Assembly (NCBI GenBank): GCA_030390025.1
Contig: CM059427.1
Location: forward strand, 19,034,001 to 19,098,000
Length of the DNA stretch: 64,000 bases
Origin: Squalus acanthias
Taxonomy: Eukaryota
Direction: 5' to 3'
Below the pieces are notes generated by a model. The model saw only the letters and a list, made by a program, of their open reading frames with translations. It was not told where the DNA came from and ran no database searches. This document shows positions 50,905-63,376 of the stretch, piece by piece. Position numbers and translations under genes: made by a program. Each line of letters begins with the position of its first letter. Positions within the stretch are counted from its first letter, which is position 1.

Positions 50905-51770
50905 ACTTTTGATTTGGACAGGTTGGGTGATTGGGCAGAAGCATGGCAGATGCAATATAATGTGGATAAATGTGAGGTTATCCATTTTGGTGGCAAAAAC
51001 AGGAAGGCAGATTATTATCTGAATGGCAATAGATTGGGAGAAGGGGAAGTGCAACGAGACCTGGGTGTCCTTGTGCACCAGTCGCTGAAGGTAAGCATGC
51101 AGGTGCAGCAGGCAGTCAAGAAGGCAAATGGTATGTTGGCCTTCGGAGCAAAAGGGTTCGAGTACAGAAACAAGGATGTCTTGCTGCAGTTGTACAGGGC
51201 CTTGATGAGACCACACCTTGAGTATTGTGTGCAGTTTTAGTCGCCTTATCTGAGGAAGGATGTTCTTGCCATGGAGGGAGTGCAGCGAAGATTCACCAGA
51301 CTGATACCTGGGATGGCAGGAATGACGTATGAGGAGAGATTGGGTCGATTGGGCTTATACTCGCTGGAGTTTAGAAGAATGAGAGGGGATCTCATTGAAA
51401 CTTATAAAATTCTAACAGGACTAGACAGACTAGATGCAGGAAGGATGTTCCCGATGGCCGGGGAGTCCAGAACCAGGGGTCACAGTCTAAGGATAAGGGG
51501 TAAGCCATTTAGGACTGAGATGAGGAATTTCTTCACCCAGAGAGTGGTGAACCTGTGGAATTCTCTACCACAGAAGGCAGTAGAGGCCAATTCATTAAAT
51601 ATATTCAAGAAGGAGTTAGATATATTTCTTAAGGCTAAAGGGATCAAGGGATATGGGGAGAAAGCAGGGACAGGGTACTGAATTTGGATGATCAGCCATG
51701 ATCTCATTGAATGGCGGAGCAGGCTCGAGGGGCTGAATGGCCTGCTCCTGCTCCTATCTTCTATGTTTCT
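50905..51770 (+). mobile_element. CR1 3' portion, well preserved
   Basis: WQMQYNVDKCEVIHFG, RPHLEYCVQF*, EGVQRRFTRLIPG. One in-frame stop at 51238. Confidence 0.96.
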
Positions 51771-52659
51771 GCTTTGCAAAGAATTCTCACTTGGAAATTC
51801 AGTTGAAAGCATTTTTATTCTTTTGCTGTGATTTCTCAATTAAACCTGAAGTTTTGTGATTTCATTTTCCTTTTTTTTTGACCCCAAGAAGTGCATTTGT
51901 TTGTATCTGATTTTGCTTTTTTTTGATGGGGTGGGAAATACAAAACTCCAGGAACAGATGTCATGTTAAAAATGGCTGTGGAGGCTTTGTAATTCAGTAT
52001 TTATAGTACCGAGTATTGGTCCAACAGAATGCATGCTTGCTATACAGGGAGATGCAGCTTTGATGCAGACAGAAAATTCAATTTTGCAACAGTTAAATAA
52101 CTGAGGTGGTGCTGAGACCGATGTGAAGAGGTGATTTTTTTGTTGGTACGGGATGTGGGCCTGCTTGTCACTGAGCTTGTGACATAATGGTGCATTGTAG
52201 TATGATTCAATCCTCGTTGTACAACGAACTTGACAGGTCACAAATGGGTAAATGTTTCCATCCTGTCGACAGCATGAAAGTTATTTTTTCAGCTTTACAT
52301 GTTTTAATAAGATTGTTCTATCTTAAGTAAGTCTCTCTTAATAATGCTTGCAGGTGATGCAAATTCAGTCACAAAAGACTGAAGAAGTTGCCCAGATTCT
52401 TATTCAAGTCTAATGAGTAATTGTAATGCGTTGAATTTTCTTTTGAATAGTTATCAATTTAAAAATTTGTTTTATTGGCATGGGTACTGATTCAGAAATT
52501 ATCCATGTAACCAATTAAATTGAATAGCGAAGCAATTCATACAAAATATTTGCTCTCTATAGTGGGTCATCAAAAGGTCACATTTTAAAATGTAATAGTT
52601 GTTGCATCTTTACTGTTCTGTCAAACTGCTTCCTCAGAAGTAAGGAACTATATCAGTCA

Positions 52660-55145
52660 TGGAAGAAGCACTGAGAGTAGCAAGGGTGCAGCATGTACTC
52701 TGGGTGGGGGACTTCAATGTCCATCACCGAGTGGCTCGGTAGCACCACTACTGACCGAGCTGGCCGAGTCCTAAAGGACATAGCTGTCAGCCTGCGACAG
52801 GTGGTGAGAGAAGCAACACGAGGGAAAAACCTACTTGACCTCGTCCTCACCAATCTACCTGTCGCAGATGCATCTGTCCATGACAGTATTGGTAGCAGGG
52901 ACCACTGCACAGTCATTGTGGAGACGAAGTCCCGTCTTCACACTGAGAGCACCCTCCATCGTGTTGTGTGGCACTACGACCGTGCTAAATGGGATAGATT
53001 CAGAACAGATCTAGCAGCTCAAAACTGGGCATCCATGAGGCACTATGGGCCATCAGCAGCAGCTGAATTGTATTCCAGCACAATCTGTAACCTCATGGCC
53101 CAGCATATCCCTCACTCTACCATTACCATCAAGCCAGGGGACCAACCCTGGTTCAATAAGGAGTGCAGAAGAGTATGCCAGGAGCAGCACCAGGTGTACC
53201 TAAAAATGAGGTGCCAACCTGGGGAAGCTGCAACACAGGACTACATGCATGCTAAACAACGGAAGCAGCATGTTATAGACGGAGCTATGCAATCCCACAA
53301 TCAACGGATCAGATCAAAGCTCTGCAGTCCTGCCACATCCAGTCGTGAATGGTGGTGGACCATTGAACAACTAACGGGAGGAGGAGGCTCCATGAATATC
53401 CCATCCTGAATGATGGGGGAGTCCAGCACGTGAGTGCAAAAGACAAGCTGAAGCATTTGCAACCATCTTCAGCCAGAAGTGCCGAGTGGATGATCCATAT
53501 CGGCCTCCTCCTGAGGTCCCCACCATCACAGAAGCCAGTCTTCAGCCAATTCGATTCACTCCACGTGATATCAAGAAACAGCTGAGTGCACTAGATACAG
53601 CAAAGGCTATGGGCCCTGACAACATCCCGGCTATCATGCTGAAGACTTGTGCTCCAGAACTAGCCGCGCCTCGAGCCAAGCTGTTCCAGTACAGCTACAA
53701 CACTGGCATCTATCTGACAATGTGGAAAACTGCCCAGGTATGTCCTATCCACAAAAAGCAGGATAAATCAAATCCAGCCAATTACCGCCCCATCAGTCTA
53801 CTCTCAATCATCAGCAAAGTGATGGAAGGTGTCATCGACCGTGGTATCAAGCGGCACTTACGCACCAATAACCTGCTTACTGATGCCCAGTTTGGGTTCC
53901 GCCAAGACCACTCGGCTCCCGACCTCATTACAGCCTTGGTCCAAACATGGACAAAGGAGCTGAATTCCAGAGGTGAGGTGGGAGTGACTGCCATTGACAT
54001 CAAGGCAGCATTTGACCGAGTGTGGCATGAAGGAGCCCTAGTAAAACTGAAGTCAACGGGAATCGGGGAGAAAACTCTCCACTGGCTGGAGTCATACCTA
54101 GCACAAAGGAAGATGGTTGTGGTGATTGAAGGCCAATCATCACAGCCCCAGGACATCACTGCAGGAGTTACTCAGGGCAGTGTCCTAGGCCCACCCATCT
54201 TCAGCTGCTTCATCAATAACCTTCCCTCCAACATAAGGTCAGAAATGGGGATGTTCGCTGATGACTGCAGTGTTCAGTGCCATTCACAACTCCTCAGATA
54301 ATGAGGCAGTCCATGCCCGCATGCAACAAGACCTGGATGACGTTCAGGCTTGGGCTGATAAGTGGCAGGTAACATTTGCGCCACAGAAGTGCCAGGCAAT
54401 GACTATCTCCAACAAGCGAGAGTCTAACCACTGCCCCTTGACATTCAATGGCATTACCATCGCCGAATCCCCACCATCAACATCCTGGGAGTCACCATTG
54501 ACCAGAAACATAACTGGACCAGCCACATAAATACTGTGGCAACAAGAGCAGGTCAGAGGCTAGGTATTCTGCGGCGAGTGTCTCACTTCGTGACTCACCA
54601 AAGCCTTTCTACCATCTACAAGGCACAAGTAAGGAGTGTGATGGAATACTCTCCACTTGCCTGGATGAGTGCAGCTCCAACAACACTCAAGAAACTCAAC
54701 GCCATCCAGGACAAAGCAGCCCGCTTGATTGGCACCCCATCTACCACCTTAAACATTCACTCACTCCTCCACCGGCGTACCGTGGCTGCAGTGTGTGCCA
54801 TCTGCAAGATGCACTGCAGCAACTCGCCAAGGCTTCGTCAGCACCTCCCAAACCTACTACCTCGTCCACCGAGAAGGACAAGGGCAGCAGACTCATGGGA
54901 ACAGCTCCACCTCCAAGTCACACATCATCCTGACTTAGAAGTATATCGCCGTTCCTTCATCGTCACTGGGTTAAAATCCTGGAACTCCCTCCCTAACAGC
55001 ACTGTGGGAGTACCTTCACCACACGGACTGCAGCGGTTCAAGAAGGTGGCTCACCACCACCTTAAGGGCAATTAGGGATAGGCAATAAATGCTGGCATTG
55101 CCAGCGTGTCTCTCATCCCATAAAAATGAAATAAAAAAAAAAAAA
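52660..55145 (+). mobile_element. Longest copy of the poly(A)-tailed CR1-group LINE (Zenon-like, tentative): EN C-half, RT and 3' UTR
   Basis: LLDLVLTN, SRDH, DQPWFN, SREWWWTI, NYRPISLL, DIKAAFDRVWH, QGSVLGP, FADD. A-tail at 55133-55145. The clade name is inferred from the FDRVWH and REWW motifs. Confidence 0.9.
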
Positions 55146-55789
55146 TCATGTTGGTTTTCATTCCTGTATCTTGGGTATTGCTGTACATACATGCAAGACC
55201 AAAATTTGGTAACTCTTGAGAATCTGCCAATTGTATTGCCCATCTGCTGGCGGAGGCCAGTTTGGGTATTTGTGACCAGAAACCAACAACCTTTCTGTGT
55301 GGTGTAGGGTGTCTGCAGTAAGGCACTGAGCTGCCCAAATTTGTTGTAATAGAGTAAGCGTTCTTTGCAAAGGCCCCTATTGTTCAACCGGCTGTTCCTG
55401 ATGCGCATACTATGCTTAGCCATCTGGGCAGTAAAGATGCTAACTAATCAGCTTTATGCAGCAAACTCCATCCTATATTATTGCTCACAACTGTAAGTGC
55501 ATTATTCATTCAGTTCCTTTTCTACAGAAGATTAATAATTTTTTTGCAACACAAACCTGCAGCGGAAACTCCATTATCCACCATAATGAAAGCTCTTCAT
55601 CCCTGGTTGATAATGGAAATGGGCAAATAATCAAGTCAAATAATCAAATGTATGAATGATCTAGTAATGCCCAATGAATGGGATTGAAGACAAATTCAGT
55701 AAGAATAACATGAATTGAATCTTTCTTGCATTGAGCAGTTGTCAGACAGTAGCAGATTAATGTGTGAGATGATACATTGTGGAAGGCTT

Positions 55790-56505
55790 TGTCCCACTGG
55801 CCACATTCGCCTCATTCCACCTTTGAAACTGACCGCAACTTCAGGATTTAGCGCATGCGCATCCTTATGCGGAAATCCTGAAGTTGCAGTCTGTCATTCA
55901 CTGCTCGGACACTGGCTGTGCTGTGCTGTGCACCCCGCCCCCCCCACAGAACCGGCAATTAGTGGAATCTCTCAAATCAGGGAAACTGATAAACTTCAGC
56001 TCCTCCACAGTAATACTGCTGTTAAGTTCCCCACTAAAAATTAGCCCCAAAGGGATTAGGTGTAACTGGGGTTTGAACAGCGTATTGACTGCTAAGCAAA
56101 GGCCCTGAAAAACTAATTTTAATTTTGCGCAGTGTTAAATTTATCCATTTTAATAAATATTAAAATTTTTGAGTTTGTTAATCTTTATTTCAGGTTTGCA
56201 TTTTCCCCATGCGCGCCCCAATCTTTGTTTTGCTCTCTAACATGTTTAAAAAGTTAGAACTTTAAGAGCTTACCCACTTCCTTGTTTGCTATTGTACAAA
56301 TTCTGCGTTTTGATTGGCTGCTTAGACAGCTTGTTGACGTCACAGCAGCGCGCACTAGGGGATCCCCACTATACTCCGTTGATTTGAAATACACATCGGA
56401 AAACCCGAACTTCTCGACACCGAGATCGCAAGATCTTTGTGCGAAGCTTACTTCGGGGCCAGCGGCGGACGCCTTTGCTTCGTCGCTGACTGCAAATTCC
56501 AGGCC
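55790..56505. mobile_element. Hairpin-containing MITE-like element related in architecture to 29154-30694
   Basis: Right end gcaaattccaggcc followed by att. Hairpin 55831-55891 with gcgcatgcgc in the loop. AT-rich core. Left TIR not recognisable. Confidence 0.6.
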
Positions 56506-57749
56506 ATTCTTTTTGGTGTGTAGCTACCATTTTCTGGGCCAGTCAAACAGTGATCGGCTTCTGGCTGCATGGTTTTAAAAAGACATAATCCATGCAGCGT
56601 TACACACCCTTTTTAATGATTCGAGGTTTTACACTGTTTACTGAAACATGTTTCTTAATAAAAAGGCATTTGGGTGCTTTTCACAATGTTTCTGGAATTA
56701 AACTGAACTTTCAAACTGGAACATGTGTAATTTTGTTGAACTAGAAACCAGATAAGACCAGACTGTATATAATATGTTCAGTGTTTCATCTGACAAGAAC
56801 GAACACAAACTAGAACTTAATCAGAGCTGTTGTCAAAGATAGCAGTCATCAGGGGATTGGGAAACCAAATGTCTTGGCCCAGAGCACTTTCTTTAAGAGG
56901 GACTGTACGAACTTAATTTTAAACCTAGTCCTCCATATATGATATCTAGCATATGGTGCACATTTAGAGTCCACAAACTTATGTCATGATTTTTGAGTGA
57001 TATTTTTGTCAATATTTACAATGTAAGCTATGTAAACATTTCGATGGAAATGTTAATATTAGAACTGTCAGCAGTTACCTGTAATAATTCTGTCATGCTA
57101 CTAACTGGTGCTGTAGAGTCTTCTATCCACACACCCAGCAACTGAACCTCTACTGTCCATAGCTGAAAACCTGTTTCTCAGCTTCTGAGTTTAAAAACAT
57201 CAGCTGTCGGTTAAAAAAAAATTGTGCCTGCAAAAGACTTTCCTTCAAAGGATTTTGTGCCTTCCTATAGCCCCGTTTAAATTTTTATGCCTCCCCTTTA
57301 CCCCAATTCCTTCCTGGCCTAACCCTGTTCCTTTTCAACCTTGGATTTAGCTTTGTGCCTCCTTGGCCCAGCTGAAATTTTCTTGCCCTTCTTCTGTCCC
57401 CCTTCTTATTGCTACCTACGTCTTGCTCACTATTTTACCTCTCTCCCTCCACTCTGTAAACCTTTTTTCAGGCCACTCCTAGACTTGCTCTTAACATATT
57501 AGCATATTAAGACAAGAAAGAGAATATTTCCTCATTCTAATTTGAGTTCTTTTTTAAAATAGAGTTGAGTTTTGAAAGTAAATAGAAAATTAGCTCTGTC
57601 TTGATGATCAGAAACATTTTTTAGAGATGTCATTAATTATAATGGTTAGAGGAGAGACAAACTGACACAGATGCACATACAGTAACCATGGCCACTTGGA
57701 GCCATCCATAACCTTGCCCAACTAGAAATTCTTAATGTGGTTCTAGACA

Positions 57750-57990
57750 GTAAGTGTTGGCCAGCTATTTAGTCATGGTGAGCATCACATCCAAGGCTGC
57801 TTCTGTCCTCACAACATCCACTTGCAGGAAAGATCACTATAGAGTGATATTACGTGGGAACTTCGACTAATTCCGCCCCTCCCCCAAAAGCCCTGCTCAG
57901 GAGAGCTGAGACCAGCTGTACCTAAGTGTGTCCTCGGCTGAGAACAGCTCACTTAGCTACGTATCAGAATTCAAATCTGGGATTTTCCAT
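57750..57990 (-). mobile_element. Possible decayed tRNA-derived SINE
   Basis: ggctgagaacagctcacttagc...gaattcaaatctggga resembles an antisense B-box head. Weak. Confidence 0.35.
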
Positions 57991-58913
57991 TCTCTCTGGC
58001 TTAGAACCCGACAAAATAATACTTCGATCCACAAGGCCATTGGGGGGGAGCAAGACACCTATTTTTAACAAAGCATTACTATTTTGATCTGACAGCTCAC
58101 GGTGATTAGCACCTGGCCCAAATAATAATTGACCATGAATCCTTTGATCTTCTATTCTGTACCACATTGGCATTAATCTTGTGTGTAAATTGACTGCCTT
58201 GCTTGCCTGCATAATTGTTAATATATTTCAGCGTACTGAAGTGCTTTGAGATGTTTTTGAAAGAGGTGATGAGGCACTAAATAAGAAGATATAGCTGACT
58301 TCTGTGTGGAGACTGAGTGTTGTCTATTAAACTATGAATGCTGAAAACGGACAGGAGGTCCATCAGAATCTGAAAGAGAAAATGCTTTGGGCGGGTGGGG
58401 CCTTCAGAGCAGGTACCAGCTAATTTTACAAAGTAAGCAACGTGTTTAATAGTTTGGGAATAAATTTAAAAATGAAAATTGTGAAAAGTGCTGGATATCA
58501 ATCATCTTTTAAACTGAGTTGGCAATTGAACAACAAGGGGTAAGTGAAATGGGGGCAACATAATAACTAATTTGCATAATTATTTTAAGTGTAAAATACA
58601 AAGAATATTTTCACTAAAATTGGAATTCACCTCATTACAAACCACCTGACTTAATGGAGCCATCAGATTATGTGTATCCTCTTCCCATTGCAGGATAGTA
58701 CTTGATTACCACTGGACAGTTCTTCATATAAATATGGCTGAAATCGAACTCGGTAGTGGTAAATTAAGCTCGTGTCTCATCATTCTCTCCACATATAGAC
58801 ATTCCTATACTGTGTTTCACCATTTCCTCAGCTCTTTTCCCCATTTACTTTGCACGACAAAATTATTATTTTTTTTTTTAAAGTGTTGAAACCGATTTCT
58901 TTTCTCTTCGCAG

Positions 58914-58991
58914 AAAGAACTATGCAACATGATTCTGGATTGTTGTGCTCAACAGAGAACATATGAGAAATTTTTCGGCCTCTTGGCTGGG
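58914..58991 (+). CDS. CWC22: CWC22 coding exon 14 ([26 protein letters not shown])
   Basis: Conserved MA3 peptide. cgcag acceptor, ggg|gtgagt donor. 78 nt. Confidence 0.97.
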
Positions 58992-59259
58992 GTGAGTCAT
59001 TCATTGTAAACATCTATTATTGTTTCTGTGATTTGATTAATAGATTTGCTAAGGATTGAAGCTGAAGAGGGATACTGTTAAAATAGGCAAGGATGTGGTC
59101 GGGAGTTCTAATTGCAGTTGTTCTGTAACAGTGTGATATTTCCGCTTTTAAGTACATAATCATTAATGGTCCTTGAATATAATCTTTAGTGTATTGATTT
59201 TGTTGTGTGGCAGATTGCACACTTCACTTCACTCTCTTTGCGTTTCATTATCCTTGCAG

Positions 59260-59412
59260 CGCTTTTGCATGTTGAAAAAGGACTATATGGAGGCTTTCGA
59301 AGGAATCTGCAAGGAGCAGTATGAAACTATACATCGCTTAGAAACAAATAAACTACGCAATGTAGCCAAGATGTTTGCACATCTCTTGTACACCGATTCA
59401 ATTCCATGGAGT
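59260..59412 (+). CDS. CWC22: CWC22 coding exon 15 ([51 protein letters not shown])
   Basis: Conserved [11 protein letters not shown] motif. tgcag acceptor, agt|gtaagt donor. 153 nt. No later exon is recognisable in the window. Confidence 0.98.
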
Positions 59413-60113
59413 GTAAGTCATAGCCAGTGGCAAGACTGCATTTATTTGTGTCTTTTAAAACTTGGTGTTTCTCTGATATTTCTTATGGGTTTTTGTGAAA
59501 TTAATATTGAGACTCAATGAATATTTTAGGTTGATTAAGGCAGAAAAACTTGTACGCCGTATATCACAAAATTTGAACTTTCGGTTAAAAAGAATAGTGG
59601 GGGAAAATGCCTGGTTTTGTTGGTACTTGATGTTGTGGGTTACTCAATTATAATTCTGTTTTTAAAATAAAATACTTCTTATCTGTACAGTCAAGTCATA
59701 CTCAAAGTGGATGTGTGAGCTGCAGTCTTCCTCATATACTAATTTGACTTTGCGGGTATGCTGGAGGAGGTATGCCTTTTTTTTAAGAATAAAGTTGATG
59801 TAGCATCAACTTTTTCTAGCCTTGGGGAAACTGAATTTATGCTTTCGAAGTGTGTTGGAAATGTGGTTGTGCCACACTCCAATCTTTCATTTGTAGTAGT
59901 GAGAGTTGAATGTGCTTAATAAAGCACCAACCTTAATTTTTCTTTGAACTTCGTGGGTAAATTTTTACGAATTAGTGAGCTTTAACAGTTTATATTAAAG
60001 TGTCAACACAGCATTATAAAGCACAATGTGCTCTATCAGCTACTGTGTTGCTCATGTCCTAGTCCTTCAGGCCAAATTATCTATTTGAATAGACTGAACT
60101 ATGTCAGAATAAA

Positions 60114-60810
60114 GGCCCAGAAATTCCGTTGGCAGCCCTCCCGCGGAAAGATCTGCGCCTGTACCGGAGGGCTCCCGGGAGGTGCAGAATTCCGTTGCTG
60201 TGCCTCTTCAAACTGCCGGTGTGCAGGGCACGAGTATCCCAGGGGCGCAGGCAGATCGCAGCGTCCCTGGGATCACGTGGACCATGGGGAGCCAATCAGA
60301 GCAGGGAATCTCCATTCATAGATTTGACAGGAAGACCTGTCAAATCTATGAATAGAGATCAGCCCCAAAACATAAGTAAAACTTCAAATAATTTTTTTTA
60401 AATCACATTTTAAAAATAACTAAATTACATAAATTAACTATTAAACAAATTAAAATTTTTGAAAAAAATAATTAAAGTTTTTAACGGGGCTAAAACTAAA
60501 CTTTCCTTTCTTTAAAGTATTTTAAAATGATAAATCAGTGGGGGAAAAAAAAATTGTAAAATTTTTTTTTTTACATAAACTATTAGCCTGGTAAAAGCAG
60601 GCCTTGCGCCTGCTTTTCTAGGCGCAGCTGTTCCCGACTTACCTGGACTGATAAAACTGAAAAAAACATAAGTTTCTGACGTACGCGCTGCCTATCCGGC
60701 GCAGGCGTTTGTCCAGTCAAGCCCTTTCTCCAGAGAACGGGAGTTCCGGTTTCCAGTGCATGCGTAAAACCGGCACTTCCGTTGGCCCTACGGGTGAGTA
60801 CACAGCTGCT
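60114..60810. mobile_element. MITE copy, same family and orientation as 29154-30694, right TIR missing
   Basis: Begins ggcccagaaattccg. Collinear with 29154-29660 and 30580-30660. Confidence 0.85.
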
Positions 60811-61484
60811 GTTCTTGGATTGAAGTCTGTCCTAAATTTAAAAAAAAAACTTTCTTTTTCTTTCAGAATTAAATGCAGTTGAGTCTCAAATATGGTGAAT
60901 TGTACATTACGTTGAATTACATAGAAATTACAACACAAAAATGGTCTATTCGGCCCAACCAGTTTGTCTTGGTGTTTCCTCATAAGCAGTAATCCTAATC
61001 CATTGTACTCTCCCTGTTCCATATCCCTTATCTTCCTTTTTTCAGACAGCTATCTAACTTATTCTGGAACATTGACATGGTCTCTGCTTCAATCACTAAT
61101 TCCAATAGAGCATTTCACGACCCTCTGTGTAAAACTTTTCCTGTTCTCTGACCTAAATCTCTTGCATTTAATCTTATATCAACGTCCCCTCATTCTAGAC
61201 TCCTCAATATGGAAACAGTCTTTCAATAAACCCTGTCCCATCATTAAACAGTTTTAAACACACCTGTTCTAACTAAAACGGCCCCAGTCTTTGAAGTTGT
61301 TAATTTTTGTATTTCCTCATGCCAGGCCGCATCCTAGTAAATCTACACAGTACCCTCTTGATTGCTTCAATATCCTTCCTATAGTACAAAAGCAAAATAC
61401 TGCGGATGCTGGAAATCTGAAATAAAAACAGAAAATGCTGGAAATACTCAGCAGGTCAGGCAGCATCTGTGGAGAGAGCAACAG

Positions 61485-61522
61485 AGTTAACGTTTCAGGT
61501 CAATGAGCCTTCGTCAGAACTG
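61485..61522 (-). ncRNA. Hammerhead motif with disrupted stem II (antisense to CWC22)
   Basis: Minus strand reads AGUU CUGACGA A GGCUC auu GACCU GAAA CG UU AACU. Stem II has a C-C mismatch. Confidence 0.55.
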
Positions 61523-63337
61523 GAAAAAGCTGGAGATCGAACAGGTTTTTAAGCAAGTGCAGGGACAGGGGAGGAAAGAACAAAAGGGGAAGGTCTGTGA
61601 TAGGATGGAAGGCAGGAGAGATTAAGAGATGGTGCAAGGCAGAAGGAGATGGTAATGGGACAAGTTAAGAAACAAAAGATGGCTCTAGATGAAGTGTAAA
61701 TGGCACTGGCAGAAGGAGAGACAGCTGCCATGTGGGAGAGAGAGGGAAAAAAATATATAATAAATAAAATAAATGGAAAAAAAAGACAGGGGCAGAGGTT
61801 ATGGTCTGAAATTATTGAACTCTATGAGTCCAGAAGGCTGTAAAGTGCCTAATCGAAAGATGAGGTGCTGTTCCTCGAGCTTACGTTGAGCTTTATTGGA
61901 ACAGTGCAAGAGGCTGAGGACAGTGAGGTCTGAGTGAAGCGGAGAATTAAAGTGACAGGCGTCCGGAAGCTCGGGGTCACCCTTACGGACTGAACGGAGG
62001 TGTTCCGCAAAGCGGTCACCCAATCTGCGTTTGGTCTTCCCAATGTCGAGGAGACCGCATAGTGAGCAGCGAATACAGTATATTAAATTGCAAGAAGTGC
62101 AAGTAAATCGCTGTTTCACCTGGAAGGAGTGTTTGGGTCCCTGGACAGTGGGAAAGGTGGAGGTAAAAGGGCATGTGTTGCACCTCCTGCGCTTGCATGG
62201 AAAGGTGCCGGGCGAAGGGGTGTTGGGGGTGATAGAGGAGTGGACCAGGGTGTCGCGGAGGGAGCGGTCCTTTCGGAATGCTGAAAGGAGAGGTGAGGGG
62301 AAGATGTGTTTGGTGGTGGGATCACGCTGGAGGTGGCGGAAATGGCGGAGGATGATCCGTTGAATGTGGAGGCTAGTGGGGTGAAAGATGAGGACAAGGG
62401 GAACCCTATCGTGGTTCCGGAAGGGGTAGGGGTGAGAGCAGAAGTGCGGGAAATAGAACGGACACGGTCAAGGGCCGTGTCAGCCACGGTAGAGGGGAAT
62501 CCTCGGTTGAGGGAAAAGGAAGACATGTCGGAAGCACTGGTATGGAAGGTGGCATCGTCAGAGCAGATGCGGTGGAGACCGAGAAACTGGGAGAATGGAA
62601 TAGAGTCCTTACAGGAGGCGGGGTGGGAGGAAGTGTAGTCCAGGTGGCTGTGGGAGTCAGTGGGCTTGTAGTGAATGATTGTCAATAGCCTACCCCCAGA
62701 GATGGAGACAGAGAAGTCCCACTGTCCAGGTGAAACAGCGATTTACTTGTACTACTTGCAATTTAGTATACTGTATTCACTGCTCATGATGCGCTCTCCT
62801 CTACATTGGGGAGACCAGACGCAGATTGGGTGACCGCTTTGCGGAACACCTCCGTTCAGTCCGTAAGGGTGACCCCGAGCTTCCGGTCTCCTGTCAATTT
62901 AATTCTCCGCTCCACTCCCACTCTGACCTCTCCGTCCTCGGCCTCTTGCACTGTTCCAATGAAGCTCGGCGTAAGCTCGAGGAACAGCACCTCATCTTTC
63001 AATTCGGCACTTTACAGCCTTCTGGACTCAACATTGAGTTCAACAATTTCAGATCATAACCTCTGCCCCATCTCTTTTCCATTTATTTTATTTATTATAT
63101 ATTTTTTTCTCTCCCACATGGCAGCTGTCTCTCCTTCTGCCAGTGCCATTTACACTTCATCTAGAGCCATCTTTTGTTTCTTAACTTGTCCCATTACCAT
63201 CTCCTTTTGCCTTGCACCATCTCTTAATCTCTCCTGCCTTCCATCCTATCACAGACCTTCCCTTTTGTTCTTTCCTCCCCTCCCACCTTCCCTGTCCCTA
63301 CACTTGCTTAAAAACCTGTTCGATCTCCAGCTTTTTC

Positions 63338-63376
63338 CAGTTCTGACGAAGGGTCGTCGACCTGAAACGTTAACTG
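63338..63376 (+). ncRNA. Minimal type I hammerhead ribozyme motif
   Basis: CAGUU CUGACGA A GGGUC guc GACCU GAAA CG UU AACUG: 5-bp stem I, stem II with a basal G-U pair, palindrome AACGUU, predicted cut after GUU (63371). Confidence 0.78.

Noticed and set aside
58330-58410. Further Penelope tail or hammerhead remnant on the minus strand
   Set aside because: Too decayed; the catalytic core and stems are not recoverable.
2601-59418. Possible U12-type or non-canonical introns in a splicing-factor gene
   Set aside because: All 15 donors are ordinary GT sites without the RTATCCTT signature, and all acceptors are AG.
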